64,000 bases of DNA. It comes from an uncultured Thermoleophilia bacterium. Lineage in GTDB: Bacteria; Actinomycetota; Thermoleophilia; UBA2241. The position numbers and the translations under genes were made by a program. Below the pieces are notes generated by a model. The model saw only the letters and a program-made list of their open reading frames with translations. It did no database searches and was not told where the DNA came from. Location: contig CAWAUK010000016.1 in the NCBI GenBank assembly GCA_963784975.1, forward strand, positions 76,374-140,373, written 5' to 3'. Positions 1 to 9,563 of the stretch are shown one piece after another; position 1 is the stretch's first letter; each line of letters opens with the position of its first letter.

Positions 1-1
1 G

Positions 2-373
2 ATGCTCGCCCACAGCCCCACGGTCGCCCGCCTCGCTGCAACGACGCCGCTGAACTCGCTCGAATCGCTGCGCATCGTCGAGCACGGCGTCGCGATCCTG
101 GCCGCGGCCGGCGTGCCGCGGGCCGTGGCGGTCAGCGCCATCCAGGCCGTGGGCCAGCTCACCTCCGGAGCCGTCCTGCTCGAGGCGTTCTGGCGCGAAC
201 ACGCCGCCTCAGGCGGAGAGATCTATCTGTTTCCGCCACTGCTGCCGCACCCCGAGCTGCCGGTGCTGAGCGAGGCGGCCGCGGCGGAGGACTTCCTCGC
301 GCCGGAAGCGGTGTTCGAGTTCGGGCTCGACGCGATCGTCGAGAAGCTGGTGGCCCTCATCCCGGGGGCCTGA
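2..373 (+). CDS. TetR/AcrR-family regulator, C-terminal part only (5' end outside window)
   Basis: ORF is open to the window edge. Tail AVFEFGLDAIVEKL parallels the FEFGLDLILD(G/A)L tails of the TetR-like ORFs at 47561-48250 and 63660-64000. The HTH would be off-window. Confidence 0.5.
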   Translation: MLAHSPTVARLAATTPLNSLESLRIVEHGVAILAAAGVPRAVAVSAIQAVGQLTSGAVLLEAFWREHAASGGEIYLFPPLLPHPELPVLSEAAAAEDFLAPEAVFEFGLDAIVEKLVALIPGA

Positions 374-628
374 GCCGGGGAGGAGCTCGCGCGACGACGA
401 CCTCGCGGTAGCCGCCTTACATACGCATGCGAGTCGTGTGGCCCGCCTGACGACGACATCCAGACGGACAACGCTTCGCGATGCCGCTGATGTCGATCGA
501 CGTTCGACAACCACAATGCGGGGGTCCAGATGGTCTCGGGCGAGCTGACGAGGATTCGTTTGCAGGCTGGCAGTCAGGGGATGCCGGAGGGGAACGTACA
601 TGCTATCAAGCCTTCGGAAGGATGACTG

Positions 629-1402
629 ATGGCGAGGGTAGCTACCGAGGACGGCACAAAGATCGCGTACGACAAGCAAGGCAGCGGCCCGGTTCTGATC
701 TTGGTTCTCGGCGCGCTCAACAAGAGGGGCTCGGGAAGGAAGCTCGCTCGTGCTCTATCAGACCAGTTCACCGTGATCAGCTACGACCGCAGGGGCAGAG
801 GCGATAGCGGCGACACAAAGCCGTATGTCGTCGAGAAGGAGATCGATGACCTGGAAGCCTTGATCGATGAACTGGGAGGAAGCGCCCACCTGTACGGTCA
901 CTCATCTGGCGGTGTGCTTGCGCTCCTGGCAGCGAAGAAGCTAGGGAAGAAGGTCGCCGGTCTGGCCTTGTACGAGATCCCTTACAATCGCGACCCTGTG
1001 GCGCAGGAAGAATCTGAAAGATACAGGAAGAATGTCAGACAGCTTCTCGCCGAAGACAAGCGTGGAGAAACGGTCGCCTTGTTCGTGAAGTCGGTGGGCG
1101 TGACTGACAAGCAGATCGAGGCGATGCAGGGTCTGCCACTCTGGAACAGTCTGACGGCGATGGCTCCAACGCTTGAGTACGACACAGTGGAAATCATGGA
1201 GCGCTTCCCCGCGATCGATCCCCGGAGCATCGACGTGCCAACGCTGGTGATGTACGGCGCTGCGAGTCCTGCTTTCATGGCTGAAACCGCGCAAGAGCTC
1301 TCGCTGGCCATGCCGAACGCCACGCTTCGGTCTCTGGAAGACCAGACGCACGACGTCAAGCCTGCTGTTCTTGCTCCTGCTCTCGTGACTTTCTTCAAGT
1401 AG
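629..1402 (+). CDS. alpha/beta-fold hydrolase
   Basis: 257 aa with nucleophile elbow GHSSGG, oxyanion-region LVLGAL and C-terminal His context QTHDV. Codon usage is visibly less GC3-biased than its neighbours. Confidence 0.85.
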   Translation: MARVATEDGTKIAYDKQGSGPVLILVLGALNKRGSGRKLARALSDQFTVISYDRRGRGDSGDTKPYVVEKEIDDLEALIDELGGSAHLYGHSSGGVLALLAAKKLGKKVAGLALYEIPYNRDPVAQEESERYRKNVRQLLAEDKRGETVALFVKSVGVTDKQIEAMQGLPLWNSLTAMAPTLEYDTVEIMERFPAIDPRSIDVPTLVMYGAASPAFMAETAQELSLAMPNATLRSLEDQTHDVKPAVLAPALVTFFK

Positions 1403-1493
1403 TCAGCCTGGAGTCCTTTCTGCTAGACCCCTACTGCGCAAGGTGACAGCTACCCGAGCAGGGTTTGACGTGTAAATCACATACGCCAAGCTT

Positions 1494-2144
1494 CTAGACA
1501 CCGATCGCGCTGCGCACGAGCACGACGGTCGAGCGCCCAGCGAGCCACTCTCGCTCGATGAGCAGTACCTTGGCCAGCACGGTGTCGACGCCCATGGTCT
1601 CGCGCACGCGGGCCATCTCCCAGGGGAAAACGTACTCGCGAACGCGGCGCAGGCCCGTCTCGAGGTCGGGCACCACCTTCTGGGCGCCGATGACCAGGAT
1701 GAGCCTGCCGGCGCCGCTTGCGTACGGTCCCAGTTGGCTGCCCGTCGCCGAGGCGACGATCATCAACCCATCCAGGGTGATCGCAGCCGCGCTGCCCAGC
1801 ATGAAGTCCGGGGCGCCGATCAGTCTGCGCATCTCGCGGCCTTGGGTGGCGCGGTCCATCTTCAGCAGTCGCGATCGCAGGAAGTCGTAGCGCCCCGAGT
1901 CTTGAAGCTCCGCGTATATGCCGGCATCTTCGAGGGTCTTCGACTTGCCGGAGTGCACTTCCGCCCCCTCGGGGATGCGCTCGAGCACGACCCGCCGAGC
2001 CTCGTCGCCGTCCGCGACGACGAGCGCCTCGAAGTTGCGCTCCCGGAGCCGATCGGCGACATCTTCCAGCACCTGCGGCGCCGCAAGCGTCGCGAACCGC
2101 TCATCGTCAGACCGCGGTTTCGCCACCAGCGCCTTCCACGTCAT
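1494..2144 (-). CDS. LUD-domain (LutC/DUF162-like) protein
   Basis: The tracked ORF 1494-2342 has an Arg/Ser-rich junk N-extension. The real start is taken at the ATG at 2144 (MTWKALVAK...). The body (GSAAAITLDGLMIVASATGSQL...LILVIGAQKVVP) looks like lactate-utilisation LUD-domain proteins. Confidence 0.7.
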   Translation of the reverse strand: MTWKALVAKPRSDDERFATLAAPQVLEDVADRLRERNFEALVVADGDEARRVVLERIPEGAEVHSGKSKTLEDAGIYAELQDSGRYDFLRSRLLKMDRATQGREMRRLIGAPDFMLGSAAAITLDGLMIVASATGSQLGPYASGAGRLILVIGAQKVVPDLETGLRRVREYVFPWEMARVRETMGVDTVLAKVLLIEREWLAGRSTVVLVRSAIGV

Positions 2145-2622
2145 CCGGCGGACAAGGACCCTCCTCGGCGATGCCGTCGCGCACAACCGAGAGGAGCTCG
2201 GCGAGCAGCCGCCGCTGCCCGGCATCGAGGGCGGCGAACAGCTCGTCCTCGGCGTCGCGCTGAGCGCTCGCCGCCCGGTCGAGCTGGCGCTCGCCGGCGG
2301 TCGTGAGTGAGACGACGTGGCGGCGGCGGTCGCGCGAATCACGCCGCCGCGTGACCAGGCCGCGCTCCTCCAACGGGTTGAGCAGCTGGACGAGGGCGCT
2401 GGGATCGAGGGCCATCGCCGCGTGCAGGTCGGCCTGGCTCATGTCGCCGCGGTCGTGCAGCAGGCCGAGGAGCTGGAAGCTGCGCGGCGAGAGCTCGACC
2501 GCGGCGTGAGCGGCGCGCAGCCGGCGCATCGCCTCCTGCCCCACGAGGGCCAGCAGGAGCCCGGCGCTCGTGCGGCGTTCTTCGAGGAGCTCGTCGCGCA
2601 CTTCTCGCGTGTCGTTTCGCAT
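2107..2622 (-). CDS. MarR-family transcriptional regulator
   Basis: Winged-helix core SPRSFQLLGLLHDRGDMSQADLHAAMALDPSALVQLLNPLEERGLVTRRRDSRDRRRHVVSLTTAGE. Start is ambiguous (GTG 2646 or ATG 2622). Overlaps the downstream LUD gene. Confidence 0.85.
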   Translation of the reverse strand: MRNDTREVRDELLEERRTSAGLLLALVGQEAMRRLRAAHAAVELSPRSFQLLGLLHDRGDMSQADLHAAMALDPSALVQLLNPLEERGLVTRRRDSRDRRRHVVSLTTAGERQLDRAASAQRDAEDELFAALDAGQRRLLAELLSVVRDGIAEEGPCPPDDVEGAGGETAV

Positions 2623-2641
2623 CACGCTGGGTAGCTTACCC

Positions 2642-2683
2642 GTCACAATCGTTTATGTCACTCAATCATTTTACGATGGTGAC
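2642..2683. promoter_or_regulatory. candidate MarR operator (inverted repeat in divergent intergenic region)
   Basis: GTCACAATCGT (2642-2652) and ACGATGGTGAC (2673-2683) are reverse complements with one mismatch. They sit in an AT-rich patch between marR and the divergent oxidoreductase gene. Confidence 0.4.
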
Positions 2684-2711
2684 GACCACATCCGTTCTGA
2701 AGGAGACCACC

Positions 2712-3638
2712 ATGCGTGCACTGGCGATCAGCGAGCCCGGGGCGAGTCCGGCGGTCATGACGTTGCCCACCCCCAGGCCGGAGGCGGGGGAGCTGTTGGT
2801 GAGAGTGCGGGGATCGTCGGTCAACGGCTTCGACGTGGCCGTGGCGGCCGGCATGCTGCAGGGCATGATGGAGCACCGCTACCCGGTCGTGCTCGGCAAG
2901 GACTTCGCCGGGACCGTCGAGGCGACCGGCGAGGGCGCCTCGCGCTTCACGCCGGGCGACGAGGTCTTCGGCGTCGTGATGAAGCCGTACCTCGGCGACG
3001 GAGGCTACGGCGAGTACCTCGTGGTCGGCGAGCAGCACGGGATCGCCGCCGTGCCCGAGGGTCTCGACCTCGCGCAGGCCGGCGCGCTCGGGCTGGGCGG
3101 CACCGCCGGCCTGCAGGCGGTCGAAGCTATCGCAGAGCTGTCGGGACGCACGGTCCTGGTCTCGGGAGCCTCGGGCGGCGTGGGGGCCATCGCCCTGCAG
3201 TACGCGCTGGCCGCGGGGGCCGAGGTCATCGCCACGGCCCGGCCCGGCGCCGAGGAGGACGTCGTCAGGAAGCTCGGGGCAGTGAACGTCGTCGACTACG
3301 CCGCGGACCTTGAGGCGCAGGTGCGCGCCCTGGCACCCGAGGGCGTTGACGCCGTCCTGCACTTCGCGGGAGATGCGTCGCTGCTGGTCGGGCTACTGAA
3401 CGCGGACGGTCGTCTGGTCTCCACCGTCGGCTTCGGGCCCGACCAGCACCCCGCCGCGATAGCGCTGATGGCCGACCCCGACAGCGCGACCCTGGACCGA
3501 CTTGGGGCCGACGCAGCGGCCGGTCGCGTCACGATGCCGGTCACGCGCACCTACACCCTCGACGAGGCGCAGCAGGCGCTGGCCGACTTCGCGGCCGGGA
3601 CGGTCGGCAAGTTCGCCATCACCGTCCGGGAGGAATGA
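2712..3638 (+). CDS. NADPH:quinone oxidoreductase / zinc-type alcohol dehydrogenase superfamily (MDR)
   Basis: ATG at 2712 preceded by GAAGGAG. N-terminal MRALAI...GELLVRV..SSVNGFD and Rossmann motif VLVSGASGGVGAIALQ. Confidence 0.85.
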   Translation: MRALAISEPGASPAVMTLPTPRPEAGELLVRVRGSSVNGFDVAVAAGMLQGMMEHRYPVVLGKDFAGTVEATGEGASRFTPGDEVFGVVMKPYLGDGGYGEYLVVGEQHGIAAVPEGLDLAQAGALGLGGTAGLQAVEAIAELSGRTVLVSGASGGVGAIALQYALAAGAEVIATARPGAEEDVVRKLGAVNVVDYAADLEAQVRALAPEGVDAVLHFAGDASLLVGLLNADGRLVSTVGFGPDQHPAAIALMADPDSATLDRLGADAAAGRVTMPVTRTYTLDEAQQALADFAAGTVGKFAITVREE

Positions 3639-3859
3639 CGGTGCGCGTAGCCGTCTTCGGCGCGAGCGGCAGGATCGGCCGCCTGGTGGTCGAGCGACCC
3701 CTGGCCGACGGCCACCAGGTCGCCGCTCTCGTCCGCACGCCCGGCAAGCTGACGATCGACCATCCCGGGCTGACCGTCCGGACGGGGCAAATCGCCGGCG
3801 ATCAGCAACTGGCAGAGCGCCGAGCTCGACCCAACGAAACAACGACATTGGAGATGACC
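3635..3859 (+). pseudogene. N-terminal remnant of an NAD(P)H-binding (NmrA/SDR-like) gene, read through in frame into the next gene
   Basis: MTVRVAVFGASGRIGRLVVERPLADGHQVAALVRTPGKL is only the first beta-alpha-beta of a Rossmann protein. ATGA overlap with the upstream stop. No stop before the luciferase-domain coding part. Confidence 0.55.
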
Positions 3860-4342
3860 ATGTCTTCCCTGCCCGCCAGGCGCGGACCACGGCCGAGAAC
3901 GACGCCATGGGCGCCGCACATCCAGAGGGACCAGCTCGCTCCGCCCGAGTGGCAGAATGAGCTGAAGCGGCGAGTATTCGCGCTGCCCGACGTCGAGGAG
4001 CGCGACGGCACCGTCGCTCACCCCGCGGAACGCGCCATCTGGCTGCGCGACGAGGTGGCGATCGCCGATCCCGACCTGTTCCTCGGGAATCGCGAGATCG
4101 GGCACTTCCACCCCTGGGACGGCAGTCTGCATATCGTGCTGCCGCCGGCCCTGGCTGAAGCCGCTGTCGACGCCGGCTGGGCCGAGGTGCACCCCGTCGC
4201 GCTGGCCGGCTACGTACCTGCGAACCGCGTCATGTTGTACGGCCCCCGAGACATGGATGAAGTCGAGGTGTTGCTGTCGCTGATAGCGGCTGCCGTGCGA
4301 GGGGCCGGTGGCCGCGTGGCAAGCGACCCGGCGGCCGCGTGA
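3860..4342 (+). CDS. small 'luciferase family/luciferase-domain' protein (DUF-type)
   Basis: Internal ATG at 3860 with GGAG 6 nt upstream. MSSLPARRGPRP...EIGHFHPWDGSLHIVLPP...GWAEVHP...VMLYGPRDMDEVEV matches my memory of that small family. Confidence 0.6.
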   Translation: MSSLPARRGPRPRTTPWAPHIQRDQLAPPEWQNELKRRVFALPDVEERDGTVAHPAERAIWLRDEVAIADPDLFLGNREIGHFHPWDGSLHIVLPPALAEAAVDAGWAEVHPVALAGYVPANRVMLYGPRDMDEVEVLLSLIAAAVRGAGGRVASDPAAA

Positions 4343-4343
4343 C

Positions 4344-4694
4344 TCAGCTCCCGAGTAAGTAACTCTCGAACAAATCGGGGCGACCCTGAGTCGATCCTGC
4401 CTTCTCAAGCGCGGGTCCGATAGCTAGTCGAGGGCCGCCGAACAGGCTATCGGCGCCGGCTGGCGAGCGCGACGACGTTGTCGAGGAGCGGCCGGCGTCC
4501 TCGAGGACCTTCTCCTCTGCCCTCTCCAATGCGGCCCGCGTGACCTCGTCGAGCCCCGCGACCGCCTTCGCCCTCGCGGCCATGGTGAGCCGCACGTAGT
4601 GGCGGAGCATGGTCGCCGGGTCGGAGTGCCCGGGCCACTCCCGCCATGCTTCGCCGCCTCGCGAGGGAAAGACGGTCTGCCTACCGCGCACCAT
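4344..4694 (-). pseudogene. tyrosine-recombinase (integrase) C-terminal remnant A
   Basis: Contains only the extreme C-terminal signature W(P)GHSDPATMLRHY plus tail AGLDEVTRAALERAEEKVL. No catalytic core or N-terminus. The tail changes frame (LLDNVVALASRRR* is in another frame). Confidence 0.6.
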
Positions 4695-4764
4695 CAGGCT
4701 CGTGGTAGCGTCTTATGCAGAAGGGGGCCGTCTGTGCTTGGTGCTTTCGCGGACTGTCTAAGTC

Positions 4765-5250
4765 TTGTTAGGCGGGGCAGAGGTGGTCACTTCACTGCGA
4801 CCCGTAGCGGAGAACGACCAGGCGGACATCCAGCGCTGGGCGGGCTTCGCCGCCGGGCACATGTCGCGCACGCATCCTCTCGACGCCGGCGCCGACCGTC
4901 ACGCTCCCGCCTCGGGACTCTACTGGTACGTCATCGTCGCGGACGGCCGCGACGCCGGCACCGTCTGGGTCGAACTGCCTGCCGGCGCGAGTGAGGCGGT
5001 CCTCGGCGTCTTCCTCTGCGCTGCCTCGCATCTCGGCCGCGGCATCGGCACCGCCGCCGTCGAACTCGCCCTCGCGGAGTTCCGCCGCGCTCATCCCGGC
5101 CTGCCCGTCGCCCTGCGGGTGCGCCGCACCAACGAGCGCGCCATCGCCTGCTACCGCCGCGTCGGCTTCGCGGTCACCGGCAGCGGCACCAAGTCGCTGC
5201 CCTCCGGCGAGACCGTGCCCTACTACAGCATGGTCCTCGCGCCGTGCTGA
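4765..5250 (+). CDS. GNAT-family N-acetyltransferase
   Basis: Motif A HLGRGIGTAAVELALAEF and C-terminal NERAIACYRRVGF. Confidence 0.8.
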   Translation: MLGGAEVVTSLRPVAENDQADIQRWAGFAAGHMSRTHPLDAGADRHAPASGLYWYVIVADGRDAGTVWVELPAGASEAVLGVFLCAASHLGRGIGTAAVELALAEFRRAHPGLPVALRVRRTNERAIACYRRVGFAVTGSGTKSLPSGETVPYYSMVLAPC

Positions 5251-5463
5251 GTAGCCTCTCGCCGACGTTTCCCGACCCGCCTAACAAGCGGATCAAGCTG
5301 ACTCGACCAACGGCTTCCGTAGTATGCTCAGACAGAAGCGCTCGCAGCTTATCCGCGGTGCGTTGACCGACCAAGCGGGCGACTTCAGCAGAACGGTACA
5401 TGCTGTCCCGAACCAAGCCGGCAGCCGTTTCGAAGGCTCCGAAGGCGAAATGAGGCAGGCTTC

Positions 5464-6603
5464 ATGATCAACGCACTCGTCGATCGTTCGGACTATCCCT
5501 GCCTCAAGGACTATGCGTATCTCAACCAGGCTTCTTTGGGTCTCATCGGCCAGCCGGCTGTTCAGTCAATGCATGACTTCCTCGACGACACCGCCCGTCA
5601 CGGCAATCTCGGGATGACCGATGAGGAAGAGGCCGGATTCTTCGAGTCGCTGCGCCAGCGTGGCGCGAGACTCCTGAACTGCCGCAGCGACGAACTCGCA
5701 ATCGCGGCAAGCGCCAGTGAGCTGCTCGGTCAGCTTCCCTTCCTGATCCGCCCCGGTGCCGGTAGCTCTATCGTCGCCGTGGCGACAGACTTCCCGGCCG
5801 TTACCCGTCCTTGGATCCGCTATGCGACTGAGAACGATTGCTCTCTCTGCTTCGTCGACGACATCGCAGGCGAGAACCTCACGGACGGAGTCATCGACAG
5901 CATCGACAGTCGTACATCTGTGGTCGCGGTCAGCTCCGTCCAGTTCTCCACCGGATCCATGATCGACGTTCCCCGGCTCCGAGAGGCGTGCGCACGTGAA
6001 GGCGCGAGGCTGATCGTCGACGCGACCCAGGCAGCAGGGATCCTCGAGATAGACTCAGAGCGGTGGGGGGCCGACGCGGTCGTCACCAGTGGCTACAAGT
6101 GGTTGGGCGGTCACGGCGGCGTTGCGCTCGCGGCGGTGTCTCCCGCTTTGCTCGAACAAGATCCACTGCTTCCGGGCTGGATGGGAACGCCGCATCCCTT
6201 TGACTTCGAGGCCACGACGCTGCGTTTCGCCGCCGATGCGAGACGCTTCACACAGTCGACGATGTCCTACATCTCGATGGCTGGCCTCGCGACGGCACTC
6301 GACCAGTTGATGGCTGTGGGACAAGGCCGACTCGAGGCGCATTCGCGCGATCTCTCACGGAGGCTGATCCAGGGCGCTCGTGCGCACGGATGGACGCCAT
6401 TCCGGGCGCCAGAGGACGCCTCGGCATCACCCCACATCGTGTCGCTCGCCCACCCTGGGTTCGACGCGGGCAGGGCGATCGGCGCATTGCGCCGCAACCA
6501 CATCGTGTGTGGCGTTCGCAACGGTCGCATCAGGGTCTCACTCGCGCCGTACAACGACAGTGCGGATGTTGATGCCTTGATCGATTCGATGGCTGTCCTG
6601 TGA
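5464..6603 (+). CDS. aminotransferase class V-fold PLP-dependent enzyme (cysteine desulfurase/epimerase-like)
   Basis: 379 aa with the PLP-lysine region SGYKWLGGHGG and the overall class V layout. GC3 is lower than in the surroundings. Confidence 0.8.
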   Translation: MINALVDRSDYPCLKDYAYLNQASLGLIGQPAVQSMHDFLDDTARHGNLGMTDEEEAGFFESLRQRGARLLNCRSDELAIAASASELLGQLPFLIRPGAGSSIVAVATDFPAVTRPWIRYATENDCSLCFVDDIAGENLTDGVIDSIDSRTSVVAVSSVQFSTGSMIDVPRLREACAREGARLIVDATQAAGILEIDSERWGADAVVTSGYKWLGGHGGVALAAVSPALLEQDPLLPGWMGTPHPFDFEATTLRFAADARRFTQSTMSYISMAGLATALDQLMAVGQGRLEAHSRDLSRRLIQGARAHGWTPFRAPEDASASPHIVSLAHPGFDAGRAIGALRRNHIVCGVRNGRIRVSLAPYNDSADVDALIDSMAVL

Positions 6604-7135
6604 GGACGAGGATCACCAAGTCACGCAACACCTGGTCGGCCGCACTGGCCCGGTAGGGGGTCCGAAACGACAGCGGGGCAAGCGCCCACCCTGCCCGCCC
6701 CGGGGGCGCGAAAGCCCGACACCCATGTTGGGCGGTCCGGTCGAGATCGTCGTCAACCGGAAAGACGCCGACGACGCGCGGCTCCTCGTAAAGGACCTCG
6801 AAGGCACGACCATAGGCGTGGCGGGAAGCGATGACGAAGACGATGTACACGGTTGGCGGGTACATCGATCAGGAGGCCCGAGGGACTGCCGAACGGAGGC
6901 AGGTCGGCCGGCCTGCTGGTGCTGCTTGCATGGCGCAGCTCGCGGCGTGGCCTCCCCGTGCCAGTCTTCACCACGCCGACCACCGAGGTGCTGAACCCGC
7001 TCGCGTAACGAGAGCAGCGCTCATGGTCAGGTAGACTGTGACCCCCGCTCGGGACTTCTCCGTGGTTGGCGAGCCTCATCGGGGTAACTAGTAGACACAC
7101 CCATCAACAGACAGCCTCGAAAGCACAGGTCCCTC

Positions 7136-9079
<1,944 letters not shown>

Positions 9080-9386
9080 CCGCCTACCGGCGCGGTGGTC
9101 GTGCGCAACGCGCCGGCCCAACGGGGCATCTCGCCGGTCATGTGCCGCCCGCCTGCGCGTCGCGTTGCCTGCCCGGAACGCACCTCAAGGCAGACCTCGC
9201 TCTGCCAGCCGCCTCGCTCGGAGACTGATCGCCGCCACGCGGCCGCACGGGGTAGGGATAGTCGAAGCGACGAACCCAGTCTCGTCGACCGTGCCCGCCT
9301 TCGGGCGCGCGCATTCCCGTACAACGGCGGCGCGCGCGAGGCCCTGCTAGAGTCGAAGTGCCCGACACCGGCCCTGAGGAGGACGA

Positions 9387-9560
9387 ATGCTCTTGCTGCC
9401 ACCAGAGGCGCTTCCTGGGGTGCCCTACTTCTTCTTCACGCTCTTCGGCGTGCCGGTCACCATCGCCTACCCCAACCTCAGCGCCTGGATCCTGGTGGCT
9501 GTGGTGTTCGTGGCTGCAGCCTTCTTCCGCTTGCCCCGGTTCGTCGAAGGCAAGGACTGA
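9387..9560 (+). CDS. 57-aa small membrane protein, translationally coupled to cytochrome b (below the ORF-track size cut-off)
   Basis: ATG 9387 preceded by GAGGAGG. MLLLPPEALPGVPYFFFTLFGVPVTIAYPNLSAWILVAVVFVAAAFFRLPRFVEGKD*. High GC3. Stop at 9560 lies 3 nt before the cytochrome b ATG. Confidence 0.5.
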   Translation: MLLLPPEALPGVPYFFFTLFGVPVTIAYPNLSAWILVAVVFVAAAFFRLPRFVEGKD

Positions 9561-9563
9561 GCC

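Noticed and set aside
5174-5416. 80-aa minus-strand ORF with an HTH-looking stretch (YRSAEVARLVGQRTADKLRALL), possibly an excisionase or transposase fragment
   Set aside because: It overlaps the end of the GNAT gene, and the similarity is only impressionistic. It cannot be supported without a database search.
6604-7135. Possible small genes upstream of ftsH (6725-6994 plus with PVEIVVNRKDADDARLLVKDLEG, DUF2007-like; 6530-6865 minus)
   Set aside because: The motif is short, there is no credible N-terminal half in frame, the candidates overlap each other, and the composition is non-coding-like.
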